Below the pieces are notes generated by a model. That model did no database searches and was not told the DNA's origin. It saw only the letters and a list, made by a program, of their open reading frames with translations. A program made the translations under genes and the position numbers. Shown piece after piece: positions 32,994-41,621 of a stretch of 45,988 nt of DNA. Source of the stretch: a virus; IMG/VR virus record IMGVR_UViG_3300045988_087605, positions 1 to 45,988 of that record; one strand, written 5' to 3'. The first letter of the stretch is position 1, and the number at the start of each line of letters is the position of its first letter.

Positions 32994-33237
32994 AATATCT
33001 TTGTCGGATAGAGATAGATTCGTACCGAAAGAGGGGGAAATATTTTTTGCAGAAGTTCCGGGAAAGGGAATAGACCGGAAGGTAGAGGCGGTATTATTGA
33101 AAGACAATAGCGGTTGTAAGAATTGCGCATTTTTTAAAGGAGAATTAAAATACTTGTGTATGCAAATAAACTGCCTTAACAGAGGAAGGCAATTAATTTT
33201 TAGGAGGGTTAGAAAATGGGAAGATTTAAAAGAGTAA
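32980..33237 (+). CDS. four-Cys module protein, copy B
   Basis: 'KEGEIFFA...SGCKNCAFFKGELKYLCMQINCLNRGRQLIFRRVR'. Confidence 0.6.
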   Translation: MKMNRISLSDRDRFVPKEGEIFFAEVPGKGIDRKVEAVLLKDNSGCKNCAFFKGELKYLCMQINCLNRGRQLIFRRVRKWEDLKE

Positions 33238-33434
33238 AACTATATGATACCTTCACGATAGATCACCCGATAACAGGAGAAGTTATCAGAGTTCAAGCAA
33301 TGGAAGGAAACAATGTAATATCATGTCGGGAGTGCTTATTCAGACAAAAGGAGTTTAGAAAGATATGTCCACTTATGCGATGTGTCGACATGTCTACGGG
33401 AAAATGTCAAACGTATAAACAAGTGAAGTTATGA
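33216..33434 (+). CDS. four-Cys module protein, copy C
   Basis: 'ITGEVIRV...ISCRECLFRQKEFRKICPLMRCVDMSTGKCQTYKQVK'. Confidence 0.6.
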   Translation: MGRFKRVKLYDTFTIDHPITGEVIRVQAMEGNNVISCRECLFRQKEFRKICPLMRCVDMSTGKCQTYKQVKL

Positions 33435-33886
33435 AGAAATTAGATTTATCAATGATACCGATTGACCTAAAGGTAGGCGAGGAAATGGAGGTATTAACGC
33501 CCAAAGGGGATAAAGTTACAGTAAGGTGTGTTGAGGATAAAAGAAAAGACATGTGTGAAATTTGCTTTTTCGGAGAAAACGGTTTGCACATCTGTTCATA
33601 CGTTAAATGTAGCGAGAGAGAGCGTGAAACAGGTGATAGTGTAAGCTATCAAGAAGTAAAAAGGGAGAGGCTGTATACAAAAATAGAGGCAGGAAAAGAA
33701 TATAAGGTAGGGGATATTGTTAGGCTATCCGGAAAATATGAATACGCTAAAGTGGTTGAGTCGAACAAATGTAACGGGTGTGTATTTCTGGATAGGTGGT
33801 GCAATGTAATATGCGGAGAGAGGGAAAGAAGTGACGGAAAATCAATCGTACTACTGCCGTGTAACAAGAAAGGAGAATTATTATGA
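33431..33886 (+). CDS. four-Cys module protein with two tandem modules (D1 and D2)
   Basis: 'KVGEEMEV...DMCEICFFGENGLHICSYVKCSERERETGDSVSYQEVK' and 'KVGDIVRL...NKCNGCVFLDRWCNVICGERERSDGKSIVLL'. Confidence 0.65.
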   Translation: MKKLDLSMIPIDLKVGEEMEVLTPKGDKVTVRCVEDKRKDMCEICFFGENGLHICSYVKCSERERETGDSVSYQEVKRERLYTKIEAGKEYKVGDIVRLSGKYEYAKVVESNKCNGCVFLDRWCNVICGERERSDGKSIVLLPCNKKGELL

Positions 33887-34025
33887 AAGAAGTGGATGTG
33901 CCTTCCGAAAGGGAGATTTAGAAAGCATGTGTAAAGCATATCTATGCATGAGGGAAAGAACATTAGATTGTTTAGTGTTTAAGGTAGTAAAGGAGAAATT
34001 CAAACGAAATGTTACAGAGTTTTAA
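33831..34025 (+). CDS. degenerate or truncated four-Cys module (copy E); start uncertain
   Basis: 'SGCAFRKGDLESMCKAYLCMRERTLDCLVFKVVK'. The only start is a GTG lying 56 nt inside the previous gene. Confidence 0.35.
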   Translation: MTENQSYYCRVTRKENYYERSGCAFRKGDLESMCKAYLCMRERTLDCLVFKVVKEKFKRNVTEF

Positions 34026-34057
34026 AAGTTAAAGTATTAATTTAAATGTGTTGACTT

Positions 34058-34402
34058 ATGAAAGAAGAAGTTGTTTTAATGCTCTCTGAGCTAAGATTGC
34101 AAATTGATGATACAATTAGTCGTCTTAAGAAAGAAAGCGCCTTAGAAGGCAAAGAAATTATGTCTACGTTGGAAGATTGTGGCTTGATTAAGGTATGCGA
34201 TTATTTAATCTACCCGCAAGCCTTTTTAGAGTGGTGTTTTAGTCGTGGATTTTTGGAGACGGAAGGTGAAGTATTTACTGTCGGAGGGAATCCCTGGATA
34301 GGGAATAAATACGTTTCAAAAAACGATCTAATTAACTTGGATGAAAACGGACGTGTAACCGTTCACCCTTCGTTGTTATACGTCTATTTTAAAACGCGGT
34401 AA
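34058..34402 (+). CDS. hypothetical protein (114 aa), paralogue of 34405..34785
   Basis: 'DYLIYPQAFLEWCFSRGFLETEGEVFTV' aligns with 'DFLFPHQTLDFMMWADKMGYIRHKEDNLFIV'. Confidence 0.55.
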   Translation: MKEEVVLMLSELRLQIDDTISRLKKESALEGKEIMSTLEDCGLIKVCDYLIYPQAFLEWCFSRGFLETEGEVFTVGGNPWIGNKYVSKNDLINLDENGRVTVHPSLLYVYFKTR

Positions 34403-34404
34403 GA

Positions 34405-34785
34405 ATGAATAATACAAAGGAATTTGAGGAATACTGCAAAGATGTGAGTGCCTCCGAAAAGTTAGATAAATATATTGCCGATATGGTAGAACACGATGAA
34501 AGGGAGAGACTAAAGTCGCTTTTAGATATTTGTGAGAAAAGCAAGGATAGTAGATACGATCTGCCTATCGACTGCAAAACATATCTTCCTTTGAGAGATT
34601 TTTTGTTTCCACATCAAACACTTGATTTTATGATGTGGGCTGATAAGATGGGGTATATTCGGCATAAAGAGGATAACCTTTTCATTGTTTCGTCTATGAT
34701 TAAAAGGTGGGATAGCGTTGACTCTCTTAAAGTTATGCCGGAGATTGTGGAAGCGTTTGTTTTATACAAAAAACATGTAGGTTAG
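34405..34785 (+). CDS. hypothetical protein (126 aa), paralogue of 34058..34402
   Basis: See 34058..34402. Confidence 0.55.
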   Translation: MNNTKEFEEYCKDVSASEKLDKYIADMVEHDERERLKSLLDICEKSKDSRYDLPIDCKTYLPLRDFLFPHQTLDFMMWADKMGYIRHKEDNLFIVSSMIKRWDSVDSLKVMPEIVEAFVLYKKHVG

Positions 34786-34805
34786 GAGTCTTCGGACTCC
34801 TTTTC
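34784..34805 (+). terminator. rho-independent terminator with UUCG tetraloop
   Basis: aggagtc-ttcg-gactcct followed by tttt. Confidence 0.75.
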
Positions 34806-34870
34806 TTATTTATAAACATTTCGTTTTTATCCGCCTCCTGGGCCTCTGAGACTAACGTTTTAATAATCAA

Positions 34871-34878
34871 TATCTTTG
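34871..34878 (+). promoter_or_regulatory. -7 box TAtcTTTG (a second candidate, TActTTTG, lies at 34908-34915)
   Basis: Lies upstream of ATG 34926 and restarts the tail operon after the island. Confidence 0.4.
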
Positions 34879-34925
34879 CGAAATTGCTTTTTATTCATAC
34901 TTTTGTACAAACTAATATTTGAATT

Positions 34926-35231
34926 ATGGAGATTTATAATTATTTTCTTTCTTGCGTGCTACTTGTTTCGTTTGTAGCGGCATTTTGTGTTAACTTTGCC
35001 CGAAAGACGGGTGTAATTGAACGGATGTCAGTGTATGGTGATGATTTGTTATCTAAGGTGTTCCGGTGGTATGGTGATAGATCACTGATTAACGAGCTAA
35101 CCAACTGCGATTTCTGCCTATCGTTTTGGGCGTGTGTAATTTGTTCGGTGATTGTGTCGATCGGAACGCTAAGCCCTATTTTCATCCTTACACCTATCTT
35201 TGCAACACCTATTTGTAGAATTTTAATTTAA
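34926..35231 (+). CDS. small integral membrane protein (DUF1360-like?)
   Basis: Hydrophobic helices at both ends. The 'CDFCLSFWACV' motif resembles the DUF1360 CxxCxxxW signature. Confidence 0.45.
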   Translation: MEIYNYFLSCVLLVSFVAAFCVNFARKTGVIERMSVYGDDLLSKVFRWYGDRSLINELTNCDFCLSFWACVICSVIVSIGTLSPIFILTPIFATPICRILI

Positions 35232-35518
35232 TGATTATGGAGATTAGAAATTATGTATCAATTATTCCGCCCTTCGAGATCGTGAGGGCGGTTAAGTTTA
35301 ACGGTGATGTTCACGAATTAGCGCAGTTATTGCCAAGTTTTGAGCTACTTTCCGCAATGGGTGGCGTAATGATGGCACGAATAAACGGCAACACTTTTCG
35401 GGTGTTTGATAACGACTATATCGTTCTTGGCGAAAATGTTACTTACTCAGTCGATGAAGAAACGTTTGCCATATTATACGAGCAGGCAGATAAGGAGGTG
35501 ACGAATGAACACGATTAA
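35231..35518 (+). CDS. hypothetical tail-module protein (95 aa)
   Basis: Track ORF with a 1-nt overlap to the upstream gene. Confidence 0.5.
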   Translation: MIMEIRNYVSIIPPFEIVRAVKFNGDVHELAQLLPSFELLSAMGGVMMARINGNTFRVFDNDYIVLGENVTYSVDEETFAILYEQADKEVTNEHD

Positions 35519-36257
35519 GGTAGGGAATCACACGGTAACGGTATACGAAGGCATTGATGAAATGCCTATCGTCCGTTATCAGAAGTTTAACCGTCTTATG
35601 CTGATTGAGTCGGGTGTTGGAAGCACTATCGAGGAACTAGACACGCATTTGCAACGTGCTATTGTCTATTGCAGGACACATCCGGAACATACGTATAACG
35701 AGCTAATGAATCTAAGGCAGTGTTTCAATATGGCGTCGAATGGCGTACATCCGGGAATGATGGCTTTTGCCGCCTTCGTTAAATCGGTCGATGGCGTGGA
35801 ATATCCGGTTAATGCGTCCGACTCTGATCTAAAGGCGATATTTGACAGTCTCAGCGATGCAACTATTAACGAACTTTCTGAGCCGTTTCAGAAGGTCAAA
35901 AAAAAAATAGAGGCTGAAGTATCGGTATACTTTCCAAGGATGTCGGACGATCCTCTGATTAAAGAGTATTACGATATTAAACTATCGCTGATAAAGGCAA
36001 AGTTAGACAAACTTGTGAACAACGTAGATAACAGTGAGGCGGTGAAGGAAATAGAAGATAAGTTGCTAACCTTCTTCCCGCCTCGAATATTCTACGGGAC
36101 TGATTCGGTAGAGATAAAGACGGACAAGGAGTTTCAAGAAATGTGCTTAGTTATAACGCAGAATATGCACATAAATGCACGTGAAATGTCGGTGTCTGAG
36201 TTTTACACCGCTTTCGAAATGATTAAGAGACAGTCAAAAAGGAGTAAGAACAAATAA
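35505..36257 (+). CDS. putative tail assembly chaperone (by position); contains an A10 run
   Basis: It is the gene immediately upstream of the tape-measure gene. A10 lies at 35898-35907. Confidence 0.4.
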   Translation: MNTIKVGNHTVTVYEGIDEMPIVRYQKFNRLMLIESGVGSTIEELDTHLQRAIVYCRTHPEHTYNELMNLRQCFNMASNGVHPGMMAFAAFVKSVDGVEYPVNASDSDLKAIFDSLSDATINELSEPFQKVKKKIEAEVSVYFPRMSDDPLIKEYYDIKLSLIKAKLDKLVNNVDNSEAVKEIEDKLLTFFPPRIFYGTDSVEIKTDKEFQEMCLVITQNMHINAREMSVSEFYTAFEMIKRQSKRSKNK

Positions 36258-36268
36258 ATTTAAATCAA

Positions 36269-39200
36269 ATGGCGAACGAAGTAAAGGGAATAAAGTATAG
36301 CGATCTTATACAGCCTGACAGCAGTATAAAGGACGCTATTACGCAGTTGGAAGGACTGCAAAAGATATATGACGCTATGTTAAAGCGTATCGAGGAAGGC
36401 GCAAAAGGTCTGCAAAAGCCTATTTCAGAAGGTGGAGGCGCAACGGAGGAAGGACGCAAAAAGATAGACGCCTACGAAAAGCAAGTGCGATCCTTGGCGA
36501 ACGCTGAGATACAATTGAAATTGGCACTGACAGAGACAGCGCAGGAAATCGCAGTATTGAAGAAACAGACAGCCGATCAAAACTATCTGAATAAGTTGCA
36601 GGCTAAGTTAGCCAACAGCATGGCAGGAAGCTATAACGCATTGTCTGCACAATACGAGCTAAACAAAATAAAGATGAACAATCTTTCACAGGCTTATTTG
36701 GAGAATACGGAGGCAGGAAAGAAGCTTGTTAAAGAGACTGCGGAGATTTACGCAGCGATGGATAAATACCAAAAAAGCACAGGAAAGCACACGTTAAGCG
36801 TGGGTAACTACAAACAGGCGTTCGATGGTTTAGGCTTTTCTATATCACAGGTAGCTCGTGAACTTCCATCCTTGGCGATCAGTGCAAATACCTTCTTCCT
36901 TGCTATTTCCAATAACATTCCGATGGTTATAGATGAAATACAGAAGTTGCGTGCAGCAAACGAGGCGGCATCGAAAGCAGGGGAAGCACAGGTAAGTATA
37001 ACCGGGAAGCTGGTTAAATCTCTGTTCTCGTTTAATACCGTGATGGTGTTGATATTGACCGCCTTTTCTATTTGGGGTAAGGATATAACCAACTGGATAG
37101 GTAGCCTATTCAAAGGTAAAACAACAGTAGATCAATTGAAACGGTCTACTGCCGACTTGAAAGACGCTATGTTAGAGGCTGGAAAGAGTGCCGTAAACGA
37201 GTCTGTGAGATTGAACATCCTGTATAAAGCGGCTACCGATTCCACACGCAGCCAAAACGAGCGTTTGAAAGCTGTTAAGGAGCTAAAGAAAGAGTATCCG
37301 GAGTACCTTAAAAACCTATCAGATGAAGCTATTATGACGGGAAACGCATCAAAGGAATACAAGGAACTTGCAAAACACATTCTATCGGTCGCAATGGCAC
37401 GTGCCTACGAGGAAAAGATACAAAAGAACGCAAAGGAAGTTATTGACCTCGAAGAAAAAAAGAATCAAGTATTAGAGGAAGGTCGGAAGACTTACCAAAA
37501 GCAACAAAAGGAGATCGAGGAACTTAAACGTTCGTCTAAGGGTATCGGTGTTGGTGCGGTGGCTTTAGAAGCGGCTTTGCAAGGGCAAGCGTCCGCATGG
37601 AATACTGCCAAAAAGGAGGCAAAGAGCTATGACGATCAAATAGCAGTTATCAATAAGTCAAGTGAGGAACTTGCTAAAAAGGTGGTTATCCCCGATCTTC
37701 TTGCGGGAGGTAAGGGAGACAAAAAAACAAAAAAGAAGGACTTTGATTTACAAGCTGAGTACGAAAATAGCCGTATAGCACTTATTATTGATTCCCGTTT
37801 GAAAGAGCAGGAAGAACGTAAAAAGACAACGGCAGATGAACTGAAAAAGCTAAAGGAGAGCACAACAGAGAAACAAAGAGCTACGCAGTTGTATGCTGAT
37901 ACCGTATACAATATCGAAGCAAAATTGCGTAGAGATTTGGAGAAACTGCAAAACGATTGGAAGGTAGAGGATCTGCAAATCACGCATGACCGATTGAGTG
38001 AACGCCTAAAGGCTGTTAGACGTGGCACGGCTGACGAGCTATTAATACAAGTGCAGTTACTCGAAAACGAAAGAGCGCAGGACGAATTGCGTATTAAACA
38101 GTCAACCGATAGCGAACAGGTGAAGAATGAACGTTTGCTTATCCTGCAAAGGTCGTATCAGCTTGCATCTATCCAACTGCAAAAGGATTTCACGGAAAAT
38201 CAAGACAAACGTATAATTGATCGGTCGGTGTTCCGACTTAATCAGCAGCAGCAGGCGGAGAGTGCCGCCTTTAATATCGTGCAACGTTCGGAGAAAGAAC
38301 AGAGCCGTTTCCGGTTGAAATTAGAGCGTGAAAAGTGGGAGCAAATATTAGAGTTAACAAGGCAGTACGGAGAGCAAATCACGGGATACAACGTAAAGAC
38401 GGTAGAGGATACCATTAAGGGAATAGACAATGCAATTAAGCGTGATACTTCCGGATGGGACAGAAATCAAGGCGTATTTGGCAATCTGTTTGATCTTGTT
38501 TTCGGTGACGCATTTAGCGCTAAAGATGGTAAGTCGGGCGCAGAGCGTGCGGAGCAGTTTAAAGAATCAATATTAGATGCTTCGGGGTTCGCCATAGAAA
38601 ACCTAAAGAGTGTTGCGCAGGCAAGGGTAGAGGCGGCAGAAGTGGCGGTACAGGCGGCAGAGAAAGAAGTTTCAGCCAGACAAAAGGTTTTGGACGCTGA
38701 GATACAATCGAGGGCGAACGGATACGCCAACAACGTAGCAACCGCACAAAAAGAGCTTGATTTTGCACGCAAACAACAGGAAAAAACACTGAGGGATAAG
38801 AAGAAGGCGCAGAAGCAGCAAGAACGCATAGATACGCTTATGCAGGCAAGTTCTTTGGTGACGGCAACTGCTAATCTGTGGAAAGATTTAGGCTTGGCAG
38901 CTATCCCAGCTATTGCGTTGATGTGGGGATCATTTGCTTTTGCTAAGATAAAAGCCTCGCAGCTATCTAAAGCCTCACAGGACACGGAGGAATATGGGGA
39001 CGGTACAGTAGAAATGATCGACTACGGAGGCTCACACGCATCCGGCAACGATGTAGATTTAGGCACGACTAAGGACGGTAAGCGTAGACGGGTAGAACGT
39101 GGTGAATACTTCGCAGTAGTGAACAAACGTTCATCTCAGAAGTATAAGAAACTCGTTCCGGACTTGATTAATTCGCTAAATAAAGGTACTTTTGAACAGA

Positions 39201-39388
39201 AATACTTAAACGCATATTCCGGTAGTGATGAAGTAACGAATATCATGCAAGGGTCAACGGTTGATTTGTCTAAGGTAGAGAAAGATTTGAAATCAATCAA
39301 AGAGCAGGGACGTGTTAAGTACATCACAGGTGCGGACGGTACGATAATTGAAGTAAGGGGAAATATTAAACGAATAATTAAATCATAA
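36269..39388 (+). CDS. tail tape measure protein
   Basis: 1039 aa with long coiled coils and internal hydrophobic segments ('FFLAISNNIPMVI', 'VMVLILTAFSIWG', 'LGLAAIPAIALMWGSFAFA'). Confidence 0.85.
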   Translation: MANEVKGIKYSDLIQPDSSIKDAITQLEGLQKIYDAMLKRIEEGAKGLQKPISEGGGATEEGRKKIDAYEKQVRSLANAEIQLKLALTETAQEIAVLKKQTADQNYLNKLQAKLANSMAGSYNALSAQYELNKIKMNNLSQAYLENTEAGKKLVKETAEIYAAMDKYQKSTGKHTLSVGNYKQAFDGLGFSISQVARELPSLAISANTFFLAISNNIPMVIDEIQKLRAANEAASKAGEAQVSITGKLVKSLFSFNTVMVLILTAFSIWGKDITNWIGSLFKGKTTVDQLKRSTADLKDAMLEAGKSAVNESVRLNILYKAATDSTRSQNERLKAVKELKKEYPEYLKNLSDEAIMTGNASKEYKELAKHILSVAMARAYEEKIQKNAKEVIDLEEKKNQVLEEGRKTYQKQQKEIEELKRSSKGIGVGAVALEAALQGQASAWNTAKKEAKSYDDQIAVINKSSEELAKKVVIPDLLAGGKGDKKTKKKDFDLQAEYENSRIALIIDSRLKEQEERKKTTADELKKLKESTTEKQRATQLYADTVYNIEAKLRRDLEKLQNDWKVEDLQITHDRLSERLKAVRRGTADELLIQVQLLENERAQDELRIKQSTDSEQVKNERLLILQRSYQLASIQLQKDFTENQDKRIIDRSVFRLNQQQQAESAAFNIVQRSEKEQSRFRLKLEREKWEQILELTRQYGEQITGYNVKTVEDTIKGIDNAIKRDTSGWDRNQGVFGNLFDLVFGDAFSAKDGKSGAERAEQFKESILDASGFAIENLKSVAQARVEAAEVAVQAAEKEVSARQKVLDAEIQSRANGYANNVATAQKELDFARKQQEKTLRDKKKAQKQQERIDTLMQASSLVTATANLWKDLGLAAIPAIALMWGSFAFAKIKASQLSKASQDTEEYGDGTVEMIDYGGSHASGNDVDLGTTKDGKRRRVERGEYFAVVNKRSSQKYKKLVPDLINSLNKGTFEQKYLNAYSGSDEVTNIMQGSTVDLSKVEKDLKSIKEQGRVKYITGADGTIIEVRGNIKRIIKS

Positions 39389-41562
39389 TGAACGTTAAAG
39401 ATTTGCGATTTAAATTGGGGGGTGTAGAAATACATCCCCACTATTCAGAGCTAAAACGGAAGTTTGGCAAAGAGAATCAACAGGAGTTTTTCAGAGAGTC
39501 GATAGAGGGGAGTTTAACACTAATCGGGGCGGACTACCTTCTTGTTAAAAATGCGAGTATTGAGGATATTTTGTACTTGCAAATAGAGCAGAAGGATAAA
39601 GGGCAGCTATCAACGCAGTATCAAGTAATATTTGAGGGTTATTTCAGTAAGACAGATTGTGAGATAGACAGTGATAACCGGACGTGCAAAGTCAAGATAA
39701 GCCCACGAGATGAATATACCGATATAATGAAGGGTATTGAGAACAAATACGATCTTATCAAGCTTGCACCCGCATTGTCTCAAATAGGGATATCCAAGCG
39801 TCCGATTGTGCAAGTTTATATTGCGGGTGCATCTACAATATCGAACTATCTTGCGGGTACTCACTACGAAACTGAGGTTTTCAACGTTGTAACGGATAAC
39901 AAGGAGCTAACGGATAAGAATTTCTTTGCCTTCTTTGCTGCATACAACGAAATCGAAGTAAAGGCAGTACCTTATCAGTTCTTTAACGGGAAGTACTACG
40001 GAACTAATGGAACGTACACTAAATTGGATGGCAATTTCTCAATAAAATGGACTCTAAGCAAAGGTTTAAACATTGGTTTCCTTCACTTGGAAAATAAAGA
40101 GGGAACTATACTGTACCGATCAGATAAAATCAATTGGAGCGATAAAAGTTACTACTACATAGACGTTTCTGAAATAACATTCACAAGAATAGTAGATGAT
40201 CCGACACTTCCTAAAAAGTTTGGCGGAAACACTGTTCTTTTGCAAAAGCTATTTCAAAGAATGTTGCTTAACCTTCCGGAGTTGGACGGTAAACCTACCG
40301 GGAAACTATCATCAGAGGACGTTTACCCTACCAATAGTAACTACATGTATGCCGCACCATTAAAGGGGAACTACTTTTATACGTCTACGAAGGTTCAGAA
40401 CGAGCCGACAGAGTATGGTGTAAACGATGAAGGCAAGTATTTTACCGATAACTTCGTTCCGGCTGTGGCGGGTGCAGGAAAGCTGTATCCGGTATGCCGT
40501 TCACGATGGGGGAATATGTCGATTTGGTTCGAGTTTGATTTGTCCTATGCGCCATTGGAGGAAAGATCGAGAAAGGAGTATGTTTTAAGGGACTCGTTCG
40601 CCATACATGACGCTATTAGGGCGCTTATTAAGCAAATTGATCCCACTTTGACGCACGAAGCTACGGAGGAATACAGTAAGTTTTTGTATGCCGCCAATAA
40701 CCCTATTTCCGGTGCACATTTTAAGGTGTTCATCACACAGAAAAGCAACATCCTAAAGGGTGAGTATGACCGCCCGGCAAAGAAGGCGGAAACAACCCTC
40801 AGCGATATAATGAAGATGTTGCGTGACACGATGAAACTATATTGGTTTATAGATGGCGATAAGTTTAGGATAGAACATATTTCTTACTTCATGAATGGCG
40901 GAAGTTATACCGGTAGCGGGACGGTCGGCATAGACTTAACAAAGCTTAGATATGCAAAATCGGGTCAGTTAATGACGTGGAAAACTAACACGGTCAAATA
41001 TGATAAAACCGATCTGCCTTCACGCTTTGAATTTTCTTGGATGGACGATACCACAAATACGTTTGCAGGTTTTCCGATTGACGTTAAATCAAACTACGTG
41101 CAGGAGGGAAAGAAAGAAGAAGTAAGGGTATCTAACTTTTCGTCCGATGTAGATTATATGCTACTATCACCGGGTGACTTTTCACAGGATGGTTTTGCCC
41201 TGCTGGGAGCTACGCAGATAGGCGGTAAATGGAAACTACCGTTTGTTACGTTCAACTTGGTAGACAAGAACAATAAGAAGTACACCGTAAACCCCCAAAA
41301 CGGCTACATGTCGTTCTTGCACCTCGTTAAATACTACATGCACGATATGCCAGCCTCAGAGATAGAGCAGGGAGGCGATCAGACGATAAGAGTGAGAGGA
41401 ATAAAGCGGAGTATGACGCAAGATTTATCTTTCACATACGACACCACACCAAACCCCGTGCAACTGATAACAACGGATATAGGCAACGGGAAACCGATAA
41501 CTATGACTGAGGATCTAACAACTCGCCAAATAACCGTATCTTTATCTTACACCCCCTTATAA
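39388..41562 (+). CDS. distal tail (Dit-like) / baseplate protein (putative)
   Basis: 724 aa; it is the first gene after the tape-measure gene. Confidence 0.45.
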   Translation: MNVKDLRFKLGGVEIHPHYSELKRKFGKENQQEFFRESIEGSLTLIGADYLLVKNASIEDILYLQIEQKDKGQLSTQYQVIFEGYFSKTDCEIDSDNRTCKVKISPRDEYTDIMKGIENKYDLIKLAPALSQIGISKRPIVQVYIAGASTISNYLAGTHYETEVFNVVTDNKELTDKNFFAFFAAYNEIEVKAVPYQFFNGKYYGTNGTYTKLDGNFSIKWTLSKGLNIGFLHLENKEGTILYRSDKINWSDKSYYYIDVSEITFTRIVDDPTLPKKFGGNTVLLQKLFQRMLLNLPELDGKPTGKLSSEDVYPTNSNYMYAAPLKGNYFYTSTKVQNEPTEYGVNDEGKYFTDNFVPAVAGAGKLYPVCRSRWGNMSIWFEFDLSYAPLEERSRKEYVLRDSFAIHDAIRALIKQIDPTLTHEATEEYSKFLYAANNPISGAHFKVFITQKSNILKGEYDRPAKKAETTLSDIMKMLRDTMKLYWFIDGDKFRIEHISYFMNGGSYTGSGTVGIDLTKLRYAKSGQLMTWKTNTVKYDKTDLPSRFEFSWMDDTTNTFAGFPIDVKSNYVQEGKKEEVRVSNFSSDVDYMLLSPGDFSQDGFALLGATQIGGKWKLPFVTFNLVDKNNKKYTVNPQNGYMSFLHLVKYYMHDMPASEIEQGGDQTIRVRGIKRSMTQDLSFTYDTTPNPVQLITTDIGNGKPITMTEDLTTRQITVSLSYTPL

Positions 41563-41580
41563 TAGGGGGTGTTTTCTTTT
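41549..41580 (+). terminator. rho-independent terminator (the stop codon lies in the TATAAT loop)
   Basis: acacccccT-tataat-Agggggtgt 9-bp stem followed by tttctttt. Confidence 0.6.
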
Positions 41581-41587
41581 AAATTGC

Positions 41588-41595
41588 TATCTTTG
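41588..41595 (+). promoter_or_regulatory. -7 box TAtcTTTG ahead of the fibre gene
   Basis: Lies 26 nt upstream of ATG 41622. Confidence 0.4.
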
Positions 41596-41621
41596 TGCCT
41601 ATAATCAATTTTTTAATCAAA

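Noticed and set aside
35505-35518. Canonical -1 G/GT tail-chaperone frameshift in the 14-nt overlap of 35231..35518 and 35505..36257.
   Set aside because: The downstream frame is +1, not -1, relative to the upstream ORF. No XXXYYYZ slippery heptamer is present in the overlap, and the second ORF has its own ATG.
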